Shown in pieces: positions 11,201-18,690 of a DNA stretch of 64,000 bases. This stretch comes from Clostridia bacterium (GTDB taxonomy: Bacteria; Bacillota; Clostridia; Christensenellales; UBA1242), in contig JAZUAE010000012.1 of NCBI GenBank assembly GCA_045637805.1, positions 64,751 to 128,750 on the forward strand, given 5' to 3'. Positions within the stretch are counted from its first letter, which is position 1. Each line of letters starts with the position of its first letter. The notes beneath the pieces were generated by a model that searched no databases, had not been told where the DNA came from, and was given only the letters and a program-made list of their open reading frames with translations. Both the position numbers and the translations under genes were made by a program.

Positions 11201-11749
11201 TCTATTAGATGAAGAAATTGTTGTAGGATCGAAAAGGCGCACCCACTTTGTGGCAGATACCTTTAATGCTTTATAATTGCCACTTTCTTCAGCAAGAGTT
11301 TGTGATTCAAAAGAAACAAAGTTTTCTTTGTCAAATACAACTTTATTATTTTCTTTCACTGTTTGTGTTTGAACAGATGGGGCGTTGTTTGCACTGATAT
11401 ATAATGCAACATTGCCAGCTTTGTCATTAGTGGTTGTGTTTTTAATTGAAACACCATCATACTTTGTTGCAGGGAGAAGTGATGCGTCTAAGGTTGATGT
11501 TGCAAGATTAAGTTTGTAATTAGAATCCTTAAAAGGTTTATCATCTGTAGCTAGAAAGTTCGTGTCAACAGACCATGATGACGAAGTTTCGAAATCAAAA
11601 GATGTGTATTTTTCAGCCTTATAATCGGCAAAAGCAAACATTGAAACAAGTCCGCTTGTTAAGCCAAAAAAGTTAGAAAACACAAGAGTGATTGCAATCA
11701 CGCCACTAAAAAGTATTTTTTTGAGTTTTTGTTTAGATGTCGTTTTCAT
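8297..11749 (-). CDS. Large exported surface protein with jelly-roll/CBM-like modules, anchored by a C-terminal TM helix
   Basis: 1150 aa. N-terminal signal peptide (ILFSGVIAITLVFSNFFGL). Four recurring module signatures. C-terminal hydrophobic helix (nt about 8429-8506) plus a 43-aa Lys-rich tail. SD AGGAG. Confidence 0.8.
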   Translation of the reverse strand: MKTTSKQKLKKILFSGVIAITLVFSNFFGLTSGLVSMFAFADYKAEKYTSFDFETSSSWSVDTNFLATDDKPFKDSNYKLNLATSTLDASLLPATKYDGVSIKNTTTNDKAGNVALYISANNAPSVQTQTVKENNKVVFDKENFVSFESQTLAEESGNYKALKVSATKWVRLFDPTTISSSNRDQYSELTAEEKQTVEETYGSNEYNAYLKKYVEKTHDVDIYYGFKSPNFKINNNAYYVVTFWAFTPVGTKAEIQIKGTNYKATEEIETESKWHFYTIFIAGKSDGKDPTTANIYYYLGTSSKLSENASHTGFAILDDIVVKTINQTDFNQRTINGTDPIDGENKKADDSAEVLNAILSDNKVDGYMYTSTDATVSAYSPRIEVEGSVVNGAMNEDFNSTTLSSLYRKDSDFTEESKTKWTSYIPLNTADDSTTTLTAGKYNEYVKAYTAATSKISQDVVKESEEFQTGTDPVVPAPDTFNPNNYILKLVNSSASLSLGYSTNAIKINQLGYYRVSLWLKATDENASATVKMYSDIKIGTGDSHIIKAQPIKPHQTTSDATNNWMEVIFYVKGNAYHDYNAYLAILADSKSTIYVDNIKVEQISSSAYSSGGSTKQIDLALSTSMPASGITNGFFTTIETNDDISSQSAPYATPTSSNWTFGSDNTKSIVKGIVPTTIDTWVNGSATTEQWDSSVIGGVTNPNLSSARTNVYAIYAPDADSVFTMTSASFTLKSSTVYKIFFSVYADANASGKVVASLGLGSDEIVTTTIDHSFNTKGTWTTYAIYVRVDDTDRSLKFKLAFTELEGTMFVKDVRHIIIADIKEADNKPVIKSDDEQFAEAMKNPGVNTYFLDFMSESFTEYGKEITTDRYESLNYKLEELDEKDETVQGTVDIIFTNKTFTTAGGQTLSIDDLTPNDNISNKVLFIENTSSEMVSTITPNIVHSLSKSSFYTLTFKVKTSQLEDGKGLTIKINSLAIAISNVDTTKDSTKNEDDGFRTYSVYIRTSSTNTIPSTYVGFELTGKGYALIADIALTKLADEAAYTAAINGVTEDAENYIKDYYVEAEEKEKSTPEPEDNNGTLAIFFYILSSLLLVAAIVVALVATFAKKHPIKKRVVGTNKADIITYNKDGKPVSKRKAKNDADKGGFV

Positions 11750-11873
11750 TATTAGCTCCTATATTAATATATAATATAGAGTATAACGCACCCGTATATG
11801 AAAAATCAATCTTTTATCTCTTGTTTTTTTGCGATTTTTACATTTTTTGAGAAAAGACGAGTAAACTATAAAT

Positions 11874-12251
11874 ATGGAAAAGTGGAAAATTGTACTTTAT
11901 TCAATAGTTGGTGGTGTGTTAATCGGCTTTATAAATGGTTTTCTTGGGGCAGGCGGCGGAATGTTGCTTGTGCCTTTTTTAACTTTTTTTCTTAAGATTG
12001 AAGCAAGGCGTGCTCACGCAACGGCTATTTTTATAATTTTGCCTATTTGTATAACGAGCGCAATTTTTTATCTTATTCGTGGAATCTTTGATTTTTCAAT
12101 TTTTTTACCTGGCGCTATCGGCACAATTATAGGTGGGCTTGTGGGCACAATTTTATTATGTAAACTAAAAAATAATGTAATTACCGCAATTTTCAGTTTT
12201 CTTCTAGTGGGTGCTGGGCTTTATATGGGAATAGGAGGGATTTTGTTATGA
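11874..12251 (+). CDS. Half-size TSUP (TauE/SafE) family permease, 4 TM
   Basis: 125 aa. GFLGAGGGMLLVPFL motif typical of TauE/SafE. ATGA overlap with the next gene. Confidence 0.7.
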   Translation: MEKWKIVLYSIVGGVLIGFINGFLGAGGGMLLVPFLTFFLKIEARRAHATAIFIILPICITSAIFYLIRGIFDFSIFLPGAIGTIIGGLVGTILLCKLKNNVITAIFSFLLVGAGLYMGIGGILL

Positions 12252-12619
12252 TGTGGCTTTATGTTGGGCTCCTTGCCATTTTGAGTGGAGTGTTTGCTGG
12301 TATGGGAATGGGTGGCGGCACGCTTTTAATACCTTTCTTAACGCTTATTTTAGGCGTACCGCAAAAGATTGCGCAAATCACTAATCTATTAGCGTTCGTT
12401 CCTATGGCGATTGTTACATTTTTCATATATTTAAAAAAGAAAATGATAGACTTTTCATATTCGTGGATAATTATCATTGCTGCGTGTGTGACGAGTGCAA
12501 CGGGTTCGCTTTTAATGTTTGGCGCATCGAGCAAGCTTTTAAAAATATGTTTTGGGTTCTTCATTGCTGGAATAGGCGTGTTTACCTTTATACAATCCAT
12601 AAGAAAAAAATCTAAATAA
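12248..12619 (+). CDS. Half-size TSUP (TauE/SafE) family permease, 4 TM
   Basis: 123 aa. GMGMGGGTLLIPFL motif. Translationally coupled to the preceding half. Confidence 0.7.
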   Translation: MMWLYVGLLAILSGVFAGMGMGGGTLLIPFLTLILGVPQKIAQITNLLAFVPMAIVTFFIYLKKKMIDFSYSWIIIIAACVTSATGSLLMFGASSKLLKICFGFFIAGIGVFTFIQSIRKKSK

Positions 12620-12644
12620 AAATTTGGCAAAGTGGCTTAATCGT

Positions 12645-12673
12645 TTTACATCGCTTTTGGTTTTTGTTATTAT
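12645..12673 (+). promoter_or_regulatory. Candidate sigma-A promoter of the rnf operon
   Basis: TTTACA (12645-50), 17-nt spacer, TGtTATTAT extended -10 (12665-73). It lies about 32 nt upstream of the rnfC ATG. Confidence 0.4.
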
Positions 12674-12704
12674 ATTAATATAAAACAAATAAAAGTGAGC
12701 GATT

Positions 12705-14027
12705 ATGAGTTTTTTAAATGTTAGGGGAATAAGACTCCCAGATAAGAAAAAAGAAACACGCGATGTTCCTGTTATTGAAATTCGTCCAGAGGAAACATAC
12801 TCTGTGCCACTTGTAATGGGAAATCATAATGAGTGTGAGCCAACAGTGAGTGTTGGGGATAGTGTTGCAGAGGGAACTGTTATTGCTAGGCCAGTGGATA
12901 GGCTTAGCCCTTTTGTTTTTTCTCCAGTAAGCGGCATTGTTCGTGATATTGTTGTTAAAAATAACAGCCTTGGCTCGCCATGCAAGCATATTATAATTGA
13001 AGCGGACAAGGAGAGTCGTAGGGTTGTGCTTGCTAAACTTCCAGACATGAGTGGGGAATCTATTTTTGAAAGAATAGTTGAGTCTGGAATGATTGACAAC
13101 TTTGGAAAAAAACTCCCAAGTTTTGTTAAATATATAAATGCAAACGGTTTTAAGATAAATAAACTTGTTATAAATGCAACCGAAATGGATTCATATATTA
13201 CAAGCAATGAAGTGTTGTTTATGCTTAACAAAAATGATGTTTTTGAGGGTGCTAAACTATTTGCTTCTGTGCTTGGTGCTGCAAAAATTGAATTTATTGT
13301 TACAACCAAACAGCCAGAGCTTTACAATATGATAAAAAAAGAGATTCGTGAACGTAACAAAAACTTTTCTTGTCAATTTTCTGTTAGAAAAATTGAAGCT
13401 ATTTATCCTTTTGAACATGATAGACTTATTACTTATTACTTGACTGGTAAAAAACTTTTAGCTGGCTCACCGCCAAGTGATGCAGGTGTTGTAATTGAGT
13501 CTGTTCAAAACTGTTATGATATTTCTAAAGCTGTGTACGAGAACAAGCCTGTAACATCAAGAATTATAACTGTTTCAGGGAATAATATAATAAGAAAAGC
13601 CAACTACATAGTTAAAAATGGTACAAGTTTCAGACACATTCTAGAGGTTGTTGGAACGATTAATCCTGGCGATGCATTTAAGATTATTGAGGGTGGTGTT
13701 ATGACAGGCATAGCACAAGATAATATCGACAGTTCAGTGGGATTATCGACCAGATCTATAACATTCCTCAGCCGCGATGAGTTCCTTCGTGAAACTGAAA
13801 AAGTTTGTGTAAATTGCGGTCAATGTATTAGACATTGTCCTGTACTTATCAATCCAAAAGAAATTGATAAAGCTTGTGAAGAAGGCGATAAAGTTAAAGC
13901 TCTCAAGTGTGGCATAATGGCATGCATTGATTGCGGTTGCTGTAGTTATATTTGTCCATCTAAAAGATATATAGCTCAACGACTTAGCTGTATGCAGGAA
14001 GAAATAAGAAAAGGGGGTAAAATATAA
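12705..14027 (+). CDS. rnfC: Rnf complex subunit C homologue (divergent)
   Basis: 440 aa. RnfC_N barrel-sandwich-like N-terminus (VPLVMGNHNECEPTVSVGDSVAEGTVIA...SGIV). Two ferredoxin motifs, CVNCGQCIRHCP and CIDCGCCSYICP. The nucleotide-binding loops are degenerate (see findings). Confidence 0.8.
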   Translation: MSFLNVRGIRLPDKKKETRDVPVIEIRPEETYSVPLVMGNHNECEPTVSVGDSVAEGTVIARPVDRLSPFVFSPVSGIVRDIVVKNNSLGSPCKHIIIEADKESRRVVLAKLPDMSGESIFERIVESGMIDNFGKKLPSFVKYINANGFKINKLVINATEMDSYITSNEVLFMLNKNDVFEGAKLFASVLGAAKIEFIVTTKQPELYNMIKKEIRERNKNFSCQFSVRKIEAIYPFEHDRLITYYLTGKKLLAGSPPSDAGVVIESVQNCYDISKAVYENKPVTSRIITVSGNNIIRKANYIVKNGTSFRHILEVVGTINPGDAFKIIEGGVMTGIAQDNIDSSVGLSTRSITFLSRDEFLRETEKVCVNCGQCIRHCPVLINPKEIDKACEEGDKVKALKCGIMACIDCGCCSYICPSKRYIAQRLSCMQEEIRKGGKI

Positions 14028-14956
14028 TGAAAAAACAACTTTTCTTAGTTACTGACGGACCTCATATTACAAAAAATTATCATTCAACACTTATTATGCT
14101 TATGGTGATTTTATCACTAGTGCCTGCTATTGTTGCAGCTGCTATAAATTTTGGTGCATGGGCTCTTTTGATTTTAGTTGTATCAGTTGCAAGTTTTTAT
14201 GGCTTTGATGTGGCTTTTAGCTATTTGTTTTATAAAAAGTTTGATTTTACTGACATTTCAAGCGTGCTCTCGGGAATTATCTTCGGTATGACAATGCCTG
14301 TTAGTGTGCCTCTTTATTATCCAGTAATAGGTGCAGCGTTTTCAATTCTTTTTATAAAGATGCTTTTTGGTGGCACGGGTAAGAATTTGTTTAACCCAGC
14401 TGCTTCTGCTAGGGTATTGTTAGGCGTGCTTTTTGCTGGTTTTAGTTTATCTTTATTTACACTTACTAAGGATAGTGCTTTTATGCTTAGTCCTATAACT
14501 TACTTTGCAGAAGGGGATTATTCAGCGTATACTCTTACTTCTATGTTCTTAGGTTCTGTTCCTGGTGGTATCGGCACAACATCTATCCTTTGTCTTTTTA
14601 TAGGTGCTATTTGGCTTATTGCTGCCAAGATTGTAGATTATAAAATTCCACTATTTTCTATAATCGGATTTGTTGTTATTACAGTTGTGTTCAAAGGAAC
14701 AATCGCAATTTTGCCACTCATGATGACTGGTTCGTTCTTCTTTGCTGCAACTTATATGGCGACTGACTATGTTACATCTCCATCGACTGAGTGGGGTGCG
14801 GTTTTCTATGGTTTAATATTTGGTGTGCTTGCAGCACTCTTTAGAGTGTTTGGTGTGCTAGGCGAAACTGGCGTGTTTGTAGCGCTACTTTTGGCAAATA
14901 GTTTAGCACCACTCCTTGATAGAATGTTTATGGCAAGACCTATAGGTTGGAGGTAG
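14027..14956 (+). CDS. rnfD: Rnf complex subunit D homologue
   Basis: 309 aa, polytopic. GKNLFNPAA and FFAATYMATDYVTSP motifs of the NqrB/RnfD family. Start overlaps the rnfC stop (ATAATGA). Confidence 0.85.
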   Translation: MKKQLFLVTDGPHITKNYHSTLIMLMVILSLVPAIVAAAINFGAWALLILVVSVASFYGFDVAFSYLFYKKFDFTDISSVLSGIIFGMTMPVSVPLYYPVIGAAFSILFIKMLFGGTGKNLFNPAASARVLLGVLFAGFSLSLFTLTKDSAFMLSPITYFAEGDYSAYTLTSMFLGSVPGGIGTTSILCLFIGAIWLIAAKIVDYKIPLFSIIGFVVITVVFKGTIAILPLMMTGSFFFAATYMATDYVTSPSTEWGAVFYGLIFGVLAALFRVFGVLGETGVFVALLLANSLAPLLDRMFMARPIGWR

Positions 14957-14959
14957 ATT

Positions 14960-15607
14960 ATGCGTAAATATGTAAATTTTATATTTCTCATAAGTTTATC
15001 AATTTGTCCGCTTATCACTGTTATTGATAGCTTGCAAATGGGGCTTTGTTTTGGACTAACGCTTAGTGTTGTGTTCTTTATGCTTGTAAACTTTATTTTT
15101 GGACTTGAGAAAATTGCAAACAAAGACGTTAGAACCTTTGTATATGCTGTGCTCAGTGCAGGTTTTATTATAATGATTAAGTTTATTGCTAGCAAGATTG
15201 CTGTACCGGTTATTTCATCATTTGGTGAAAGATTAGATATTTCTATAGTTTCATTATTACTTCTTGGTTTTTATCCTATCTATAACGACACAAAACTTAC
15301 AACTGAGGATTATGCTGAACGCACATTTAATATTGGCTTTATCTTCCTTTTAGCATCAGTAGTATATGGTCTTATAATTGAAGTATTAGCGTATGGTAAC
15401 ATTTGGGGCGTTGATCTTGGCTTTGCTGGGTTTGAAATTGCTAGACAGCCTTTTGCTGGGCTCTTTATTATAGCTATCGTTACAACTATTGCTAACATGA
15501 TTCGTGTAGTCTTGATTAACCGTAAAAAACAATATAACTTATTAATTGACAAATACACTCTTCAAATCAAAACTATAATCGATGCGAAGAAAAAAGGAGG
15601 CAAATAA
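14960..15607 (+). CDS. rnfE: Rnf complex subunit E-like membrane protein (highly divergent)
   Basis: 215 aa, polytopic. LSICPLITV corresponds to the LxLCP motif of RnfE/NqrD. Sits in the position between rnfD and rnfA. SD GGAGGT. Confidence 0.6.
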   Translation: MRKYVNFIFLISLSICPLITVIDSLQMGLCFGLTLSVVFFMLVNFIFGLEKIANKDVRTFVYAVLSAGFIIMIKFIASKIAVPVISSFGERLDISIVSLLLLGFYPIYNDTKLTTEDYAERTFNIGFIFLLASVVYGLIIEVLAYGNIWGVDLGFAGFEIARQPFAGLFIIAIVTTIANMIRVVLINRKKQYNLLIDKYTLQIKTIIDAKKKGGK

Positions 15608-16185
15608 TGGTTAAAGAGATTTTAATGATTTTATTTGCTTGTGTTGTTACTAATAATATTTGTTGTGCGCAGGGTATAGGTGTGTTAGAGGTGCAAAATC
15701 CAAAGAGAAATGCTGGGTATGTTGCTTTTGTTTCTATTGCAATCACATTACTTGCAACTCTTACAGCACTTGCGTATTACTACCTTGAAAACTTACTACT
15801 TGCAAAATTTGACTTGGGATTTTTAAAGATATTTGTTTTAACTGTTATCGTTGGAATTTTAGCATTTATTGTTAGTGGTATCGCAAAAAAGGTAAACAAA
15901 GAGGTTACATTCCTTTTTGACCAAAACTACTCATTCCTTGCAATAATCGCGGTTACTGTAGGGATATTGCTTCTTATTGATTTTAGTGCATCAATCTTGA
16001 CAGTGCTATTATCTGCTGCATTTTATGGTTTAGGCTTTACAATCATTAACTTTATGTTCTATGCATTTGAAGAGAGAATGCAGGTTAGAAATATTAATGT
16101 AGTGTTTAGATCTTTGCCTATTATACTATTCACACTTTCATTCATAGGAATGCTTTTCTATGCAATTTCTATGTATCTAATTTAG
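15607..16185 (+). CDS. rnfA: Rnf complex subunit A-like membrane protein (highly divergent)
   Basis: 192 aa with six predicted TM. VVTNN... corresponds to the LVNNF N-terminus of RnfA/NqrE, and the C-terminal FEERMQV corresponds to the IRERL region. SD AGGAGG. Confidence 0.6.
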   Translation: MVKEILMILFACVVTNNICCAQGIGVLEVQNPKRNAGYVAFVSIAITLLATLTALAYYYLENLLLAKFDLGFLKIFVLTVIVGILAFIVSGIAKKVNKEVTFLFDQNYSFLAIIAVTVGILLLIDFSASILTVLLSAAFYGLGFTIINFMFYAFEERMQVRNINVVFRSLPIILFTLSFIGMLFYAISMYLI

Positions 16186-16194
16186 GAGGACGGA

Positions 16195-16986
16195 ATGGAT
16201 TTACTTTATCAAATTTTAATAATTGTGGGATTGATAGTTGTTGTAATTGCTGCAACTCTTATTATTTCTTGGCAAGTGGGCAAGAGAAAAGGGATACCTG
16301 CAGATGTCGACTATGTCAATAAACTTTTGCCAGGAATTGATTGTGGTAGATGTGGCTCTAAAACTTGTTTGGAGTTTGCAAAAAGAGTTTCTTCTCGCAC
16401 ATCTGAAGCCGCAAGTTGTCCATTAATTGATAGTGAAAGTCACCGAAAGATAAATAAGGGGTTTAAAAAGAATCCTGATAACAAACCACACCTTACTGCT
16501 GTTGTCAAATGTAAAGGTGGTTGTAAATGCACTGATAAATATCATTATGTGGGTGCATCTTCTTGTTGGTGCGTAAACAAACTTCATGATGGTAATAAAA
16601 ATTGCCCAGTTGCGTGCCTTGGTTGTGGCGACTGTATTAAAAAATGTAGATTTGGTGCGTTATCTATAAGCAATCGCGGTACTGCCGTTGTTGACCCAGC
16701 TAAATGTGTTGGTTGTGGAATGTGTGTAAGTGCTTGCCCAAACAATCTTATTGAGCTTGTACCTTATGGTAAAAAAGTTGAGCCTATTTGTTCATATACT
16801 GGAAACGATAAATTTGTTTATGACAGTTGTGAAGTAGCATGCATTCATTGTAATAAATGCGTAAGGGCTTGTCCTAACGGTGCTATTAAAAACGTGGAAG
16901 GAAAGATTGAAATTGACGAGAAACTTTGTATACATTGTAACAAATGCGTATTTGCTTGTCCTCGTAAGGTAATATCTAGAATATAA
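16195..16986 (+). CDS. rnfB: Rnf complex subunit B (poly-ferredoxin)
   Basis: N-terminal TM, then the LPGIDCGRCGSKTCLEFA...CP cluster motif, followed by several CxxCxxCxxxCP motifs (CLGCGDCIKKC, CVGCGMCVSACP, CIHCNKCVRACP, CIHCNKCVFACP). Confidence 0.8.
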   Translation: MDLLYQILIIVGLIVVVIAATLIISWQVGKRKGIPADVDYVNKLLPGIDCGRCGSKTCLEFAKRVSSRTSEAASCPLIDSESHRKINKGFKKNPDNKPHLTAVVKCKGGCKCTDKYHYVGASSCWCVNKLHDGNKNCPVACLGCGDCIKKCRFGALSISNRGTAVVDPAKCVGCGMCVSACPNNLIELVPYGKKVEPICSYTGNDKFVYDSCEVACIHCNKCVRACPNGAIKNVEGKIEIDEKLCIHCNKCVFACPRKVISRI

Positions 16987-16993
16987 AAAACAA

Positions 16994-17018
16994 AAGAGAA
17001 CGTAGTTCTCTTTTTTTA
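16994..17018 (+). terminator. Rho-independent terminator after rnfB
   Basis: Stem AGAGAAC/GTTCTCT (16995-17001 / 17005-17011) followed by a T7 run. Confidence 0.65.
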
Positions 17019-17065
17019 TTAAAAATTTTGCCGATAAAAATTAAAAAGAAAATATCAAAAATCTA

Positions 17066-17095
17066 TTGTGAATTAACCTGGGGGTATGTTATACT
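17066..17095 (+). promoter_or_regulatory. Candidate sigma-A promoter
   Basis: TTGTGA (17066-71), 18-nt spacer, TGtTATACT extended -10 (17087-95). Confidence 0.4.
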
Positions 17096-17137
17096 ACAGT
17101 CAAGATAGATTCTTGACTTGAAGTAGGAGAGTATTAT

Positions 17138-18658
17138 ATGAACGAAAAAATTGCATGCCTCATGATGGAAACTTATTCTGTTAAAATGGTTATATGTAAC
17201 GCTTCTCAAGGTAACTTTTTTGTTACAAGTGACAGTGAATTTGGTGAAATCAATCTTGGTCTTGAAGATGGCTCTGACTATTTTCTTAAAAAACCTCAGA
17301 TTGATTTAACACTTTCTGTTCTCAAAAACTTTCGTAAACTTTGTGATATGCATGGCGTTAATAGAACATTTGCTGTAGCAAACTTCTCAGATTCAGATAA
17401 ACCTAAAAATATTTACAGCTTTTTTGATGAGGTCTATGCAACCTGCGGCTTTAAGTTTAATATTTTAACTGATGATGAGCAACAATCATTAGTATTTTCG
17501 GGATTATCTAATGCTTATGATATTCATAAGGCTGTTGTGTTCCATGTTAATTCTGAGAGCATCAATATCGTTCAATACAACCGCAGAAATGTGTTAAACT
17601 CTACAACTTTGCACTTTGGTCCTATGACTCTTGCAAATATGTACGCTGATAATGCGGATAAAGATGCGGCTAGAAGCAAAATGGAAAAATACATAAAAAC
17701 TCAATTAGATGATGTTGAGTGGCTTGGTGAAATTCCTGAGGAAATGGAACTCGCTTGTAGCGGTAGGGTGTTTACTGATATTACAAAAATGGTTAGAAAA
17801 TATAAGAAATATCCATTAAAGAAAGATGATGGATATGAACTTAGTTTCCAAGACAGCGATGCTATCTTAAAGCAGTTGTCTGAATTGTCTCTTGATAAAG
17901 CTAAAAAGATCAAAGGTATTGAAGAACCTCGTGCAGACGTGTTTGTTGCAGGTTTGATCCTTTCAAACTGCATTGCTGAAAAGATGAATCGTATGAAATG
18001 TACAATTGTGGAAAACGCCTTAAGAACAGGGATTTTCTACAAAGAAATTATACCTACGACTCTTGAAAAACCACTTTCAGATGTTTTGGGTTATTCACTC
18101 CTTGCACAAAATAATTTCTACGATTATGGCGATGCAAAACATAACGAGCAAGTATACAATTTATCTATACTTTTATTCAAACAACTTCGTGTGTTACACA
18201 AACTCCCAAGAGGATATGTTAAAGTTTTACGTATTGCTTCATTTATGCATGATGCTGGTAAGAGAATTAATTATGAAAACCATGCGGACCTCGCTTACAC
18301 AGTAATTACAGGATCTGATATCAAAGGCGCGAGTCACCGTGATATTGTGCTTGCTGGTTTTGCTGCAGCTCTTCATGAGGGCGGCGATTTGCAATCTACA
18401 GAGTGGGTGAAATACAAAGACTTACTTGTTGATGAAGATATCGATGCTGTTAGAAAGCTTGGAGTTGTTTTGCGCTTAGCTGAGGCTTTTGATAGAACTA
18501 AAAAGAATGTAATAGTAGATATAAACTGTGATATTCTAGGTGATTCAGTTATTATGAAAACAATAACAGAGGGTGACAATTCATTTGAAATTCAAAAAGC
18601 CCTTGAGTGCTCTAAAGACTTTGAAAAATACTTCCATAAGAAACTCGAAATTATATAA
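17138..18658 (+). CDS. Ppx/GppA-family protein with C-terminal HD domain (divergent)
   Basis: 506 aa. The overall layout matches Ppx/GppA, with an HD-domain motif (SFMHDAGKRINYENHADLAY). The N-terminal ASKHA phosphate motifs are not conserved (see findings). Confidence 0.6.
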   Translation: MNEKIACLMMETYSVKMVICNASQGNFFVTSDSEFGEINLGLEDGSDYFLKKPQIDLTLSVLKNFRKLCDMHGVNRTFAVANFSDSDKPKNIYSFFDEVYATCGFKFNILTDDEQQSLVFSGLSNAYDIHKAVVFHVNSESINIVQYNRRNVLNSTTLHFGPMTLANMYADNADKDAARSKMEKYIKTQLDDVEWLGEIPEEMELACSGRVFTDITKMVRKYKKYPLKKDDGYELSFQDSDAILKQLSELSLDKAKKIKGIEEPRADVFVAGLILSNCIAEKMNRMKCTIVENALRTGIFYKEIIPTTLEKPLSDVLGYSLLAQNNFYDYGDAKHNEQVYNLSILLFKQLRVLHKLPRGYVKVLRIASFMHDAGKRINYENHADLAYTVITGSDIKGASHRDIVLAGFAAALHEGGDLQSTEWVKYKDLLVDEDIDAVRKLGVVLRLAEAFDRTKKNVIVDINCDILGDSVIMKTITEGDNSFEIQKALECSKDFEKYFHKKLEII

Positions 18659-18660
18659 TA

Positions 18661-18690
18661 AAAAACCCCAGTTGTCGCTGGGGTTTTATT
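18661..18690. terminator. Bidirectional terminator between convergent genes
   Basis: Stem CCCCAG/CTGGGG (18666-71 / 18678-83) flanked by A5 and a T-run. Confidence 0.7.

Noticed and set aside
14960-15607. I asked whether the gene after rnfD could be a disguised rnfG.
   Set aside because: RnfG has a single N-terminal TM plus a soluble FMN_bind domain with an SGAT motif. This protein is hydrophobic throughout (about 6 TM) and has the LSICP motif of RnfE/NqrD, so it is RnfE-like and rnfG is genuinely missing from the operon.
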